A DNA stretch of 64,000 nucleotides. It comes from Candidatus Woesearchaeota archaeon. Its GTDB lineage: Archaea; Nanobdellota; Nanobdellia; Woesearchaeales; JABGXB01. Numbering within the stretch: position 1 is the stretch's first letter; each line of letters starts with the position of its first letter. Made by a program: the position numbers and the translations under genes. Below, one piece after another: positions 29,274 to 39,132 of the stretch. The notes under the pieces are model-generated. The model was not told the origin of the DNA, searched no databases, and saw only the letters and a program-made list of their open reading frames with translations. Location: contig JABGXB010000003.1 in the NCBI GenBank assembly GCA_018675975.1, positions 267,821 to 331,820 on the forward strand, written 5' to 3'.

Positions 29274-31034
29274 ATGAATTATCAAATGAAGAATTTTTCC
29301 ACTGAGCAAACTGAATTATTAAGATCATTTCTTTTTACAGCTCCACATAGTAATGTAAGTTTAATTTATCCACAACAATTAGTTGCAGGTGAAGAACTAG
29401 CCCCATTAATTTCAGCATATTCAAGAAGCAATCAACCACTTCAAGAAAGAGTATTAGAATTTGTTGATAAACAAAAAAATACAGAAGCTAAAGCACTATT
29501 ACCACATTTACCAGAATTAATGAAAACATTTAGAAATGAAGATGGTTCATTAAAAATTAGTAAAAAAACAAGAAACTTTTCTAAAAAATGGGTTCTTGCG
29601 CACGGTCACAGTTCAATAAAAGAAATGAATTCTATTTTTGGATGTGTTGAAGGAATTTCAGACATTTGTGGAAAATTAATTACTGGACATCCTTTAGCCC
29701 ACCCTCAAGTTAAGTCATCAAGATATATTTCTTTTGAAGATACATTAGATATGGCATTAGTAGATCCAGACATTCAAAACTTATCTTGTTCAAATGAAAT
29801 TATAGAACATTTAAAAGAATTAAATACAGAATATCTTAATGCAACTAAATATTTAGCAAATGCAGTATTTAAATCTGAAGAAACTGATCAAATAAGAGAA
29901 TTTTTAACTCGAGACTCAGTATTAGATATGCATGGTGAAAAATTATTTAATCGTGCTAAAAAAAAAGATCCAGAATTAGTAAAAACTGACACATTAATAG
30001 AAGAATTAAAATCACAGGCTTATGAAAATATAAATAGTGATGAGTATGTAATGGGACAACTTGAAAAATTTGTTCTTGATAGAAGTAGAGTATATTTACC
30101 TGGTTCAACTAGAACAAGTTTAGGTTTTATGATTGATGGTAGAACATGTGAAGAAATCATTACAACATTATTAACTAGTCCTTTAATAGAAGCCCAAAGT
30201 TTTGGTAATCAAATTTGGACTGAAACAAAAAAAATCTCACCTGTTTTATTAGGAGATCAATCCCATATTAAAAAAGATGAATGGAAATATGAGTTAGATA
30301 CGGACTTTAGAAAAGAATTAGCTACACGATTAGATTATATTGTCATGCACTCTGAACAAAAATTTGGAAGAGTTTATTCACCAAGCTTTGTACATTCAAG
30401 AGGAGAAGATACAAGATCTGCAGTTATGGCTGCATATAAATATAGTGATTTTTCTTTTGATGATTTAATAGAACAATTAAAAGAAAAAGATGTTAAATGG
30501 ATTTTAGATAGAACTCACGAACATAGAAATAAATTTGATCAATTACATGAAAGTGGTGGTCATGGTGGTATGCTTACTGAAATGACTATGCCATATCATG
30601 GTTATAGAGATATGTTTAGACATAGAAAAGGAGCAAGATCTAATCAATTATATACAACAGTTCACGGTTTTGAAAATGTTGAAATTTTTAATCATTTTGA
30701 TATAAATTCAAGATATGAATTATTAATGAATAAAAATAATGAATTATTTAGAAAAGCAGCAAAAGAAAATCCCCATGCTGCACAAAAAGTTGTTGCCTTT
30801 GGTCAATTATGTAGAGCAGCACACAGTTGGTCATTAGAACAAATTGGATATATTGCAAGAATAAGAGCGAATATTGAAACCGGAAATATTAGTTATGTAA
30901 AAACTGTTCATCAAATTGTAGATGGTGTAAAAAGATTATCACCACAATTAGCATCAAAAATAAATTATAATCAAGAAATGTTTCCAGAACATATTTGGAA
31001 AGAAGGTTATGATTTATTTAGAAGTAAAAAATAA
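29274..31034 (+). CDS. large hypothetical protein, His-rich C-terminal region (first gene of candidate novel cassette)
   Basis: 586 aa; no family recognised; His-rich stretch HEHRNKFDQLHESGGHGGMLTEMTMPYHGYRDMFRHRKGARS; 33-nt gap to the next gene. Confidence 0.6.
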   Translation: MNYQMKNFSTEQTELLRSFLFTAPHSNVSLIYPQQLVAGEELAPLISAYSRSNQPLQERVLEFVDKQKNTEAKALLPHLPELMKTFRNEDGSLKISKKTRNFSKKWVLAHGHSSIKEMNSIFGCVEGISDICGKLITGHPLAHPQVKSSRYISFEDTLDMALVDPDIQNLSCSNEIIEHLKELNTEYLNATKYLANAVFKSEETDQIREFLTRDSVLDMHGEKLFNRAKKKDPELVKTDTLIEELKSQAYENINSDEYVMGQLEKFVLDRSRVYLPGSTRTSLGFMIDGRTCEEIITTLLTSPLIEAQSFGNQIWTETKKISPVLLGDQSHIKKDEWKYELDTDFRKELATRLDYIVMHSEQKFGRVYSPSFVHSRGEDTRSAVMAAYKYSDFSFDDLIEQLKEKDVKWILDRTHEHRNKFDQLHESGGHGGMLTEMTMPYHGYRDMFRHRKGARSNQLYTTVHGFENVEIFNHFDINSRYELLMNKNNELFRKAAKENPHAAQKVVAFGQLCRAAHSWSLEQIGYIARIRANIETGNISYVKTVHQIVDGVKRLSPQLASKINYNQEMFPEHIWKEGYDLFRSKK

Positions 31035-31066
31035 AAAAAAAAGAATAATAAAAAAGAGGTTAGTAA

Positions 31067-31696
31067 ATGAATTTAAGTATATATAGTGAGATTCCAATGC
31101 ATCAAGTTATTGAAGAAGTTAGAAAATCCCCTATGTTAAAATCTGATACTCAATTTCCTTACAAAAATGCAAATATTAGTTTACGTAATGTCGGTATGGG
31201 TGAAATTAATCCAACAAGTTTATATGCATTAAAAGCTAATTTGGATTTTCAAAAAAACTTAAGAGAATATATATTAAATAGATTTGGTTTTGATACATTA
31301 AGATTAAGTTCTGGTCTTATATTAGAAAATAAAGATGGGGAGCGTCAAACATTAATACCTCCTATAGTTGAAGTATCAGAAAGAGAAGTTAAGTTCATTC
31401 CACAAAAAGATGAATTATCATATGAAAATTCATATAAAATAAAAATACCGTGTTTACTTGATGGTATTCATCGCGCACTATGTGCAAAAGAATTAGGTAT
31501 AGATTTAAATGTAATTTTTATTTATGATTCAGATACCAATTATCCTGTTTATGCACATCCAAATGAATGGGATTTAGTTAAAATTTGTGATAGTATACCA
31601 AAAGAAAAAAGTCAAAAAAAAATGTATTTAAGAGATGATCATTCTAGTTTGTATAAATCATTTGCACACTTAGGTTCAAGTGGTCTTAGAAAATGA
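31067..31696 (+). CDS. ParB/Srx-fold (ParB-like nuclease domain, DGxHR motif) protein
   Basis: 209 aa; IPCLLDGIHRALCAKELGIDLNVIFI matches the ParB/sulfiredoxin/DndB-type DGxHR..A...G core; stop overlaps the next start by 4 nt. Confidence 0.6.
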   Translation: MNLSIYSEIPMHQVIEEVRKSPMLKSDTQFPYKNANISLRNVGMGEINPTSLYALKANLDFQKNLREYILNRFGFDTLRLSSGLILENKDGERQTLIPPIVEVSEREVKFIPQKDELSYENSYKIKIPCLLDGIHRALCAKELGIDLNVIFIYDSDTNYPVYAHPNEWDLVKICDSIPKEKSQKKMYLRDDHSSLYKSFAHLGSSGLRK

Positions 31697-32850
31697 GTAA
31701 TTTAGTTTTAGTTGAAGGAATAAGTGGAGCTGGTAAAAGTACAGCAATTAATTTTATTCAATCTTATCTTTCAACATTCAATATTCAAAGTCACACATTT
31801 AATGAACCCGGTCATATGCGAGATGAAATTAAAAAATATCATAATAGAGAAGACAGAGATCTTCAATTAGAATTTGATCATTATGTTTTATCCAGAAAAG
31901 TTGATTTACATCATAAAGTAATGCCAACTATAAAAAATCACCCAAAGGATACTATCCTCATTGATCGAAGTTGGATTTCTACAATGGTTTATCAACAAAC
32001 AGAACAATGTCCAATGATAAATATTCGTGATTATCATTCCTTTTATCCCAAACACAATTTAGCATTACTCTTAATTTGTGATCCTGAAACTGCATATCAA
32101 AGAATTTTAAAAAGAAAAGAAACTCAAGGAATAGAATTAAGTACATCTGAAAATCCAAAAAGAATTGCTGAACTTAGAAAAAGTTATATTGAAGCATTTG
32201 ATTTAGTAGATTATTCTGTAATTATTAATACTGATGGAAGTGAAAATGCAGTTAATTGTATTTTAAAATCTTATATGAATAAATTATTAGGAATTAAAGA
32301 AAAAAAAATTGTTTTTTTAGATAAAGATGGTACTTTAGTTGACAATTCTAAATATCCAGAAGTAATTCCAACGGATGAAATTCTTTTTGCAGATACATTA
32401 GAAGGATTATATAAATTAAAAAGTGCAGGATATGAATTTCATATGATTTCTTCTCAACCATGGGTTGCTAAAGGTCAATTAAGTTTAGATCAAACAAATG
32501 AAATTTTTGAAAGTGTTATAGAACAATATAAAAAATATGGAATTGAATTTACTGGATATGGTTTTTGTGAACATCATAGAAGTGATAATTGTCCAGATAA
32601 AAAACCAAATACAGGTTTATTAGAACAAATAGCAACTCAACAAAATATTGATATTTCTCAAAGCTTTTTTATAGGAGATATGGAATCGGATATTGAATGC
32701 GGTTATAATTTTGGATTACAAACTGGATTAGTAACTAAATATTCAAATGCAAAAACAATAGATAATTTATCTCAACAAAGATTTAAAAGAACTCCAAATT
32801 ATACTGCAATTAATTTGAATGAAATTGCAAATCAAATAATTGAAAATTAA
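31693..32850 (+). CDS. fusion protein: thymidylate-kinase-like P-loop kinase (N) + GmhB/PNKP-type HAD-IIIA phosphatase (C)
   Basis: 385 aa; P-loop LVEGISGAGKST and DRSWISTMVYQQ (compare Tmk EGxDGAGKTT / DRYxxSSxAYQ); C-terminal HAD motifs VFLDKDGTLV, MISSQPWVAKG, DKKPNTGLL, IGDMESDIECGYNFG with a Cys/His cluster CEHHRSDNCPDKKP. Confidence 0.7.
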   Translation: MSNLVLVEGISGAGKSTAINFIQSYLSTFNIQSHTFNEPGHMRDEIKKYHNREDRDLQLEFDHYVLSRKVDLHHKVMPTIKNHPKDTILIDRSWISTMVYQQTEQCPMINIRDYHSFYPKHNLALLLICDPETAYQRILKRKETQGIELSTSENPKRIAELRKSYIEAFDLVDYSVIINTDGSENAVNCILKSYMNKLLGIKEKKIVFLDKDGTLVDNSKYPEVIPTDEILFADTLEGLYKLKSAGYEFHMISSQPWVAKGQLSLDQTNEIFESVIEQYKKYGIEFTGYGFCEHHRSDNCPDKKPNTGLLEQIATQQNIDISQSFFIGDMESDIECGYNFGLQTGLVTKYSNAKTIDNLSQQRFKRTPNYTAINLNEIANQIIEN

Positions 32851-33025
32851 TATTTGTTAATTATATTAATTAAAAAAACTAAATTGTTTTTTTTTTGTAA
32901 AAAGAGTTCGAACGTTAATTCCTTACATTTGAATTTAATGAATATATAAAAACAAAAAAACAATATAATTCACTAAGCAGATAAAACAAAACATTATAAA
33001 GCAAATGTATCTATAAAAATAATAC

Positions 33026-33073
33026 ACACTAGGAATAGTGTCACAGCAAATATTAATAACACAATATACGGGG
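33026..33073. promoter_or_regulatory. two putative NrdR boxes upstream of nrdR-nrdJ
   Basis: Box 1 acactaggaatagtgt (33026..33041) is a 16-bp palindrome with acac...gtgt ends like the NrdR-box consensus; box 2 acacaatatacgg (about 33059..33071) is a half-palindrome; the starts are 33 bp apart. Confidence 0.5.
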
Positions 33074-33154
33074 AGTTAATAAATTTTTAAACCAGAAAAA
33101 AATACTAAATTAGCTTTAGCTCTGTAAAATAAAAAACAAATAAAAAATAAAAAA

Positions 33155-33604
33155 ATGAAATGCCCACATTGTAATTCAGATGATTTGAAAGTAAATGAAA
33201 CAAGAGAAACAGAATCAAATAGTTTTAGAAGAAGAAGAGAATGCAATAATTGTGAAGAAAGATTTACTACATATGAAAAAATTCAAGAATTATTAATTAG
33301 TGTAAAAAAAGAAAGTGGAAAATTAGAAAATTATACTAAAGAAAAATTAGAAAAAAGTTTTTTGATTGCTTGTAATAAAAGACCAATAACAAGAATTCAA
33401 ATATTAAAAATTATTGAAAACATTGAAAATAAAATAAGAAATAATTTTAAAAATGAAATTTCATCTAAGACATTAGGTGAATATGTAATGGAAGAATTAA
33501 AAATTTTAGATCCAATATCATATATTAGATATGCTTCAGTATACAAAGATTTTGATGATTTAGATAAATTTAATCAAGAATTAATATTATTAAAGGTGAA
33601 TTGA
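33155..33604 (+). CDS. nrdR: transcriptional repressor NrdR (zinc ribbon + ATP-cone)
   Basis: 149 aa; MKCPHCNSDDLKVNETRE...RRRRECNNCEERFTTYE is the NrdR zinc-ribbon signature; directly abuts nrdJ. Confidence 0.85.
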   Translation: MKCPHCNSDDLKVNETRETESNSFRRRRECNNCEERFTTYEKIQELLISVKKESGKLENYTKEKLEKSFLIACNKRPITRIQILKIIENIENKIRNNFKNEISSKTLGEYVMEELKILDPISYIRYASVYKDFDDLDKFNQELILLKVN

Positions 33605-36600
33605 ATGGAACAAAGTATTGAAACAAAACGAACTGGTATAAAAGTTAAAAAAGTTTTTTGTAGTGATAATATAAGCCCATTTGAAACTGTTGAATTTGAA
33701 AACAGATCAAGTGTGATAAAAAATAGAGATGGTTCTATATTATTTGAAATAAATAATATTCATGCTCCAAAAAAATGGTCGCAAGTTGCCGTAGATATAA
33801 TGGCACAAAAATATTTTAGAAAAAGTGGAGTTCCACAATATGATGAAAATCAAAATGAAATTAAAGATGAATTTTCAAATATAATTACAGGTTCAGAAAC
33901 AGATATTACTCAACCAATAAAAAGATTAACTGGATGTTGGAGACATTGGGGAGAAAAATATAATTATTTTGATACGCAACAAGATGCAATTAATTTTGAA
34001 CAAGAAATACAATATATGTTATTACATCAAATCGCTGCACCAAATAGTCCACAATGGTTTAATACGGGACTTAAATGGGCATATAATATTTCTGGAAGTG
34101 CACAAGGACATTATTATGCTGAACATGAAACAGGTGAAATTAAATTATCTGAGGATGCATATTCAAGACCTCAACCGCATGCATGTGCGGATTATTATAC
34201 ACAAGTGTATACTGATAAGGGTACAATGTATATTGGAGATATAGTTGAAAATAATTTAACTAATATAAAAGTATTTGATGGAGAAAAATATGTAAAAGTT
34301 CTTGCAATCAAAAACAATGGAAAAAAAGAAGTGTTTAAAATTCAATTAAAAAATGGAAATTATATTAAATTAACTCAAGATCATTTAGTGCTATCATCAC
34401 AAAAAAGAAAAAAAAATGGTGGAAATTATAACTGGAATTATGTAAAAGATGTAAAATTAGGTCACAAATTACAACAACCATTAATTCTAGATATTAAAGA
34501 AAAAAATGTATTTAGTGATGATTTAGCAAAAGCAAGATTAGCCGGTTGGATAGTTGGAGACGGATCAGTTGGAATTTATGAAAATGTAATGAGATTGGAA
34601 ATTATTTCTATTAAAGAAGAAGAATTTGAATCAATAATAAATGATATTCAAGAAGTATTTGGACAAGAAGTTAATTTTTGGATTAGTAAATTTAAAACAA
34701 AAAACGAAAATTTAGATGGTAAAAGAATTCATTTAGCAGGTAAAAAAATACATAAATTAATTGAAGACTATGATTTACTAAAATCTTCATTTAATGCAGA
34801 AGTACCTCAAAAAATAATTAATGGGTCACCACAAGAAAAAAGAGAATTTTTAAAAGCCTTATTTCAAGCAGATGGTTGTGTCAGAATTAGAAAAGATGAA
34901 AATAGAAATTCAGGAGATGTGTGTTTAACTACAATTTCAGAAAATCTTTCATTTGGAGTTTTACAATTATTAAATTCATTAGGTATTTATTGTAGAATTA
35001 ATAAATATAGTGATAAAAGAGAAAATCGAAAAGATGTTAATCAAGTTATAGTATCTTATGGTAGTGCAAGAGAACAATTTCAAGAACAAATTTCTTTTAT
35101 ATGTTCTCAAAAAACCGAAAAATTAGAATTATTAAATAAAATTATAACAAAATCAAAAACACTTCCATTAATAAGAGAAGAAACAATTATTTCAATTGAA
35201 TCTGAAGGCATTAAAGATGTTTATGATATTCAAACAGAATCTTCAAAATTTCTTGGAAATGGAATTGTAATACATAATTGTTTTATTCAATCAGTTAAAG
35301 ATGATTTAGTTAATCAAGGTGGAATATTTGACCTTTGTACAAGAGAGGCAAGAATATTTAAATATGGTTCTGGAACTGGTTCAAATTTTTCACAATTAAG
35401 AGGTCAGTCTGAAAAATTATCAGGTGGTGGAAGATCTTCAGGTATGATGTCATTTTTAAAAATATTTGATGTGGCAGCTGGAGCAATTAAATCAGGTGGT
35501 ACAACAAGACGTGCAGCAAAAATGGTTTGTCTTGATTTGGATCATCCAGAAATTATTGAATTTATTGATTGGAAAGCAAATGAAGAAAAAAAAGTTGCTA
35601 ATTTAATTACTGGTTCAAAAAATTCAAAATATCATTTACAAAAAATATTAAAAGAAGCAAGTTCAAATTCAAATATAGAAAAAAATCCAAAATTAAAATC
35701 AGCAATTAAAGAAGCTATTGAACAAAATATTTCTTTAAATTATATTGATAGAGTTTTAAAACTTGCAAATCAAGGAATAACTGAATTTGAAACTCCCGAG
35801 TTTGATAATCATTTTGAAGGTGAAGCATATTCTACAGTTAGTGGACAAAATTCAAATAATTCAATAAGAATACCAAATTCATTTTATGAAGCTGTTCATA
35901 AAGACTTAGATTGGAATTTAAAAAATAGAACTGATGGAAAAATTTCAAAAACTGTAAGAGCAAAATGGCTTTATGATAAAATTGGACAAGCTGCTTGGGC
36001 TTGTGCAGATCCTGGTGTTCAATTTGATACGACAATTAATGAATGGCATACATGTCCAAAAGATGGAAGAATTAATGCAAGTAATCCTTGTTCTGAATAT
36101 ATGTTTTTAGATGATACTGCATGTAATTTAGCTAGTATTAATTTAATTCATTTTATTAATGATAGTGGACATTTTAATGAAGAAAAATTTGCTCATGCAT
36201 GTGAACTTATGACAATTGTTTTGGAAATTTCAGTTACTATGGCTCAATTTCCAAGTGATGAAATTGCAAAAAGAAGTTGGGAATATAGAACATTAGGTTT
36301 AGGTTTTGCAAATTTAGGGACATTACTCATGGTTAAAGGAATTTCTTATGATAGTGATGAAGCTAGAAGTATAGCTGGAGGAATTAGTGCCATAATGTGT
36401 GGAACTGCTTATGAAACATCTGCTAAACTCGCAAAACATCTAGGACCTTTTAACAGATATGAACATAATAAAGATGACATGTTAAGAGTTATTAGAAATC
36501 ATAGACGTGCTGCATATAATGTTTCAAATGAAGAGTATGAAAAATTAGAAATTACTCCAGTTGGCATTGATGAAAATTTATGTCCAAATAATATTTTACA

Positions 36601-38146
36601 AAAAGCTAGAAATTCATGGGATAATGCACTTGAACTTGGACAAGAATATGGATTTAGAAATGCACAAGTAACTGTTATTGCACCAACCGGAACTATTGGA
36701 CTTTTAATGGATTGTGATACTACAGGAGTTGAGCCAGACTTTGCAATTGTTAAATATAAAAAACTTGCAGGCGGTGGTTATTTTAAAATTGTAAATCATT
36801 CAGTTATTAAAGCATTGAGAACTTTAGGTTATGAAAAAGATCAAATTATTGATATTAAAAAATATTGTATAGGTCATCAAACATTAGTGGGTTGTCCAAC
36901 CATAAATCATAAAATTTTAAAAGATAAAGGATTTGATGAAGAAAAATTAGAACTTATTGAAAAACAATTAGAAACTGCATTTGATTTGAGTTTTGTTATG
37001 AATAAAAATATTTTAAGTGAAGAATTTTTAAAAAAATTAGGATTTAGTGATGAACAATTAAATTCTGAAATGTTTGATTTACTAGAAGAATTAAAATTTA
37101 CAAAAGAACAAGTTGATATTGCAAATGAATATGTTTTTGGAACAATGACAGTTGAAGATGCTCCATACTTATTAGAAGAACATTATTCAGTTTTTGATTG
37201 TGCAAATAAATGTGGAAAAAAAGGTAATAGATATATTGACACTTATGGACATATTAATATGATGGCAGCAGTTCAACCTTTTATTTCTGGTGCAATTAGT
37301 AAAACAATTAATATGGATTCAGAAGTTAGTGTTAAAGATATTTTAGATGCTTATGAAGCTAGTTGGAAATTAATGCTTAAAGCAAATGCATTATATAGAG
37401 ATGGATGTAAATTAAGTCAACCATTAAATACTGCTGTTTTTGAAAGTGAATACAATTTAAATTTATCTGAAGAAGATATTGATGAAACAGTTGATTCAGC
37501 AGCAATTCAACAACAAATTCAAACAATGAAAGCAAATCAGTTGCCGAGAAAAAGAGGTGGTTTTGTTCAAGAAGCAACTGTTGCAGGTCACAAAATATAT
37601 TTAAGAACTGGTGAATATAATGACGGAAAATTAGGTGAAATTTTTATTGACATGTATAAGGAAGGTGCTGCCTTTAAAGCACTAATAAATTGTTTTGCAG
37701 TTGCAATAAGTAAATCTCTACAATTTGGTGTTCCTTTAGAAGAATTTGTTGAACAGTTTACATTTACTAGATTTGAACCGGCAGGTTTAGTAACTGGACA
37801 TGAATATATTAAAAATTCTACGTCAATATTAGATTATGTATTTCGTGTTCTAGGCTATGAATATTTAGGTAGAGATGATTTAATTCATGTAAAACCTAAA
37901 AGAAAACCACTAGACATTATAGAACATGAAGATGATCCAAGAGATAAACATAAAACACTAGATAGTTTTTCTAATAGAAAAAATGTAGAAGAGACTAGAA
38001 ACGAAATGCTTTTTAAAAAAATTAATACTGCCAAATCAAGAGGATATACTGGAGAAGCATGTGGTTCTTGTGGTAGTATGAGAGTAAAAAGAAATGGAAG
38101 TTGTACACTTTGTGAAGATTGTGGTTCTACTAGTGGTTGCAGTTAG
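33605..38146 (+). CDS. nrdJ: ribonucleotide reductase, class II-like (adenosylcobalamin-dependent NrdJ type), containing one intein
   Basis: 1513-aa precursor; N-terminal [21 protein letters not shown] (class II WSQ..A.DI...KYF motif), active-site [22 protein letters not shown]-terminal Cys-rich zinc-ribbon tail; no nrdB nearby. Confidence 0.85.
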   Translation: MEQSIETKRTGIKVKKVFCSDNISPFETVEFENRSSVIKNRDGSILFEINNIHAPKKWSQVAVDIMAQKYFRKSGVPQYDENQNEIKDEFSNIITGSETDITQPIKRLTGCWRHWGEKYNYFDTQQDAINFEQEIQYMLLHQIAAPNSPQWFNTGLKWAYNISGSAQGHYYAEHETGEIKLSEDAYSRPQPHACADYYTQVYTDKGTMYIGDIVENNLTNIKVFDGEKYVKVLAIKNNGKKEVFKIQLKNGNYIKLTQDHLVLSSQKRKKNGGNYNWNYVKDVKLGHKLQQPLILDIKEKNVFSDDLAKARLAGWIVGDGSVGIYENVMRLEIISIKEEEFESIINDIQEVFGQEVNFWISKFKTKNENLDGKRIHLAGKKIHKLIEDYDLLKSSFNAEVPQKIINGSPQEKREFLKALFQADGCVRIRKDENRNSGDVCLTTISENLSFGVLQLLNSLGIYCRINKYSDKRENRKDVNQVIVSYGSAREQFQEQISFICSQKTEKLELLNKIITKSKTLPLIREETIISIESEGIKDVYDIQTESSKFLGNGIVIHNCFIQSVKDDLVNQGGIFDLCTREARIFKYGSGTGSNFSQLRGQSEKLSGGGRSSGMMSFLKIFDVAAGAIKSGGTTRRAAKMVCLDLDHPEIIEFIDWKANEEKKVANLITGSKNSKYHLQKILKEASSNSNIEKNPKLKSAIKEAIEQNISLNYIDRVLKLANQGITEFETPEFDNHFEGEAYSTVSGQNSNNSIRIPNSFYEAVHKDLDWNLKNRTDGKISKTVRAKWLYDKIGQAAWACADPGVQFDTTINEWHTCPKDGRINASNPCSEYMFLDDTACNLASINLIHFINDSGHFNEEKFAHACELMTIVLEISVTMAQFPSDEIAKRSWEYRTLGLGFANLGTLLMVKGISYDSDEARSIAGGISAIMCGTAYETSAKLAKHLGPFNRYEHNKDDMLRVIRNHRRAAYNVSNEEYEKLEITPVGIDENLCPNNILQKARNSWDNALELGQEYGFRNAQVTVIAPTGTIGLLMDCDTTGVEPDFAIVKYKKLAGGGYFKIVNHSVIKALRTLGYEKDQIIDIKKYCIGHQTLVGCPTINHKILKDKGFDEEKLELIEKQLETAFDLSFVMNKNILSEEFLKKLGFSDEQLNSEMFDLLEELKFTKEQVDIANEYVFGTMTVEDAPYLLEEHYSVFDCANKCGKKGNRYIDTYGHINMMAAVQPFISGAISKTINMDSEVSVKDILDAYEASWKLMLKANALYRDGCKLSQPLNTAVFESEYNLNLSEEDIDETVDSAAIQQQIQTMKANQLPRKRGGFVQEATVAGHKIYLRTGEYNDGKLGEIFIDMYKEGAAFKALINCFAVAISKSLQFGVPLEEFVEQFTFTRFEPAGLVTGHEYIKNSTSILDYVFRVLGYEYLGRDDLIHVKPKRKPLDIIEHEDDPRDKHKTLDSFSNRKNVEETRNEMLFKKINTAKSRGYTGEACGSCGSMRVKRNGSCTLCEDCGSTSGCS
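34184..35278 (+). mobile_element. intein (365 aa) with LAGLIDADG homing endonuclease domain inserted in nrdJ
   Basis: Starts with Cys (PQPHA|CADYYTQVY), ends IVIHN followed by the +1 Cys (|CFIQSV); two LAGLIDADG blocks [11 protein letters not shown] and [11 protein letters not shown]; extein junction restores a contiguous PHACFIQS. Confidence 0.8.
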
Positions 38147-38248
38147 AAATTAATTTTTTTATTAAAATTTTATATTTAATTAATTATTAATTTTTTTATA
38201 TATTTTATAATATAAAAATTTATAAAAAAAAAATGATACGATAAATAT

Positions 38249-38572
38249 ATGTCAAAATACTTATCTATAGAAATGATATTTGATTCAATAAATAAAACAT
38301 ATAAAATGCGTTCTGAAGTAAAAGATGAAATGATAGAAGAATTCATTTCAGATTTCATGAGATCTGGTATAGTTGAATCTACACCTAACGGAGATGTAAT
38401 TGAAAGAAACGAATACAAAGTAATTTTACAATTACATTTTGGACCTGTTGACGACTATAGAATTCAAACAAATACAAATAATAGAGATTTAACTATGGGA
38501 ATAATATGTGGTGCATTAGGATACTTAAAGAGTAACCCAAAAATTGATACTAAATTATATAAGTTAAATTAA
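38249..38572 (+). CDS. hypothetical small protein
   Basis: 107 aa ORF with protein-like composition. Confidence 0.4.
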   Translation: MSKYLSIEMIFDSINKTYKMRSEVKDEMIEEFISDFMRSGIVESTPNGDVIERNEYKVILQLHFGPVDDYRIQTNTNNRDLTMGIICGALGYLKSNPKIDTKLYKLN

Positions 38573-38590
38573 TAAAATAATATCAAAAAA

Positions 38591-39103
38591 TTAATTCAAT
38601 TTATTACATAAATAATTAAATTCAGTACAGAAAAGTTCCAATCTTTCAATTATTTGATCATTAATAATTTCACTACCACTAATATCATTATATGTTGAAT
38701 AAACAAATCTTGGTAAAATAATACATCTAAAATCTAACATTAAGCTATTTACAAATGATAATGGTGCCATATAAGAACTTGAACCACCTGCAGAACATAA
38801 AATGCCAATTAATTTTTCACTTAAAGATTTTCCTGCAAGTTCAATTACATTTTTTGCTGAGCTATTAATATTATAATTATAAATTGGAAGTGCAAAAATC
38901 ACCCCATCTGCATTTTCAATTTGTTTTTTTAATTCAATTACATTAGTAAATTCATAACATTTCCCTGCATCACACATTGGCAAATCAAAATGAAATAAAT
39001 CGATAAATTCAATATCACAATCTAATCGAGATTTAACATATTTTGCAAGAATTCTACTTTTACTATCTTTATTTAAGCTTGTAGATATAATTAAAACTTT
39101 CAT
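38591..39103 (-). CDS. flavodoxin-like NAD(P)H-dependent FMN reductase family protein
   Basis: 170 aa; MKVLIISTSLNKDSKSRILAKYV ... GVIFALPIYNYNINSSAKNVIELAG typical of NADPH-dependent FMN reductase/ArsH-like flavoproteins. Confidence 0.6.
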   Translation of the reverse strand: MKVLIISTSLNKDSKSRILAKYVKSRLDCDIEFIDLFHFDLPMCDAGKCYEFTNVIELKKQIENADGVIFALPIYNYNINSSAKNVIELAGKSLSEKLIGILCSAGGSSSYMAPLSFVNSLMLDFRCIILPRFVYSTYNDISGSEIINDQIIERLELFCTEFNYLCNKLN

Positions 39104-39132
39104 AAAATTAGGATATAAATGAAATTTAAAAA

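Noticed and set aside
29274-31034. Possible ThyX (flavin-dependent thymidylate synthase) identity for the 586-aa protein, because of the HGHSS and FRHRKGARS motifs
   Set aside because: In ThyX the HGHxS and RHRx7S motifs are about 25 residues apart within a roughly 220-aa domain. Here they are about 340 residues apart and the Ser spacing is wrong. This is probably coincidental. It is worth a profile search but is not claimed.
33969-37577. Short antisense or alternate-frame ORFs inside nrdJ (33969..34244, 35838..36035, 37377..37577)
   Set aside because: They lie fully inside a strongly supported long CDS and are low-complexity, AT-driven translations.
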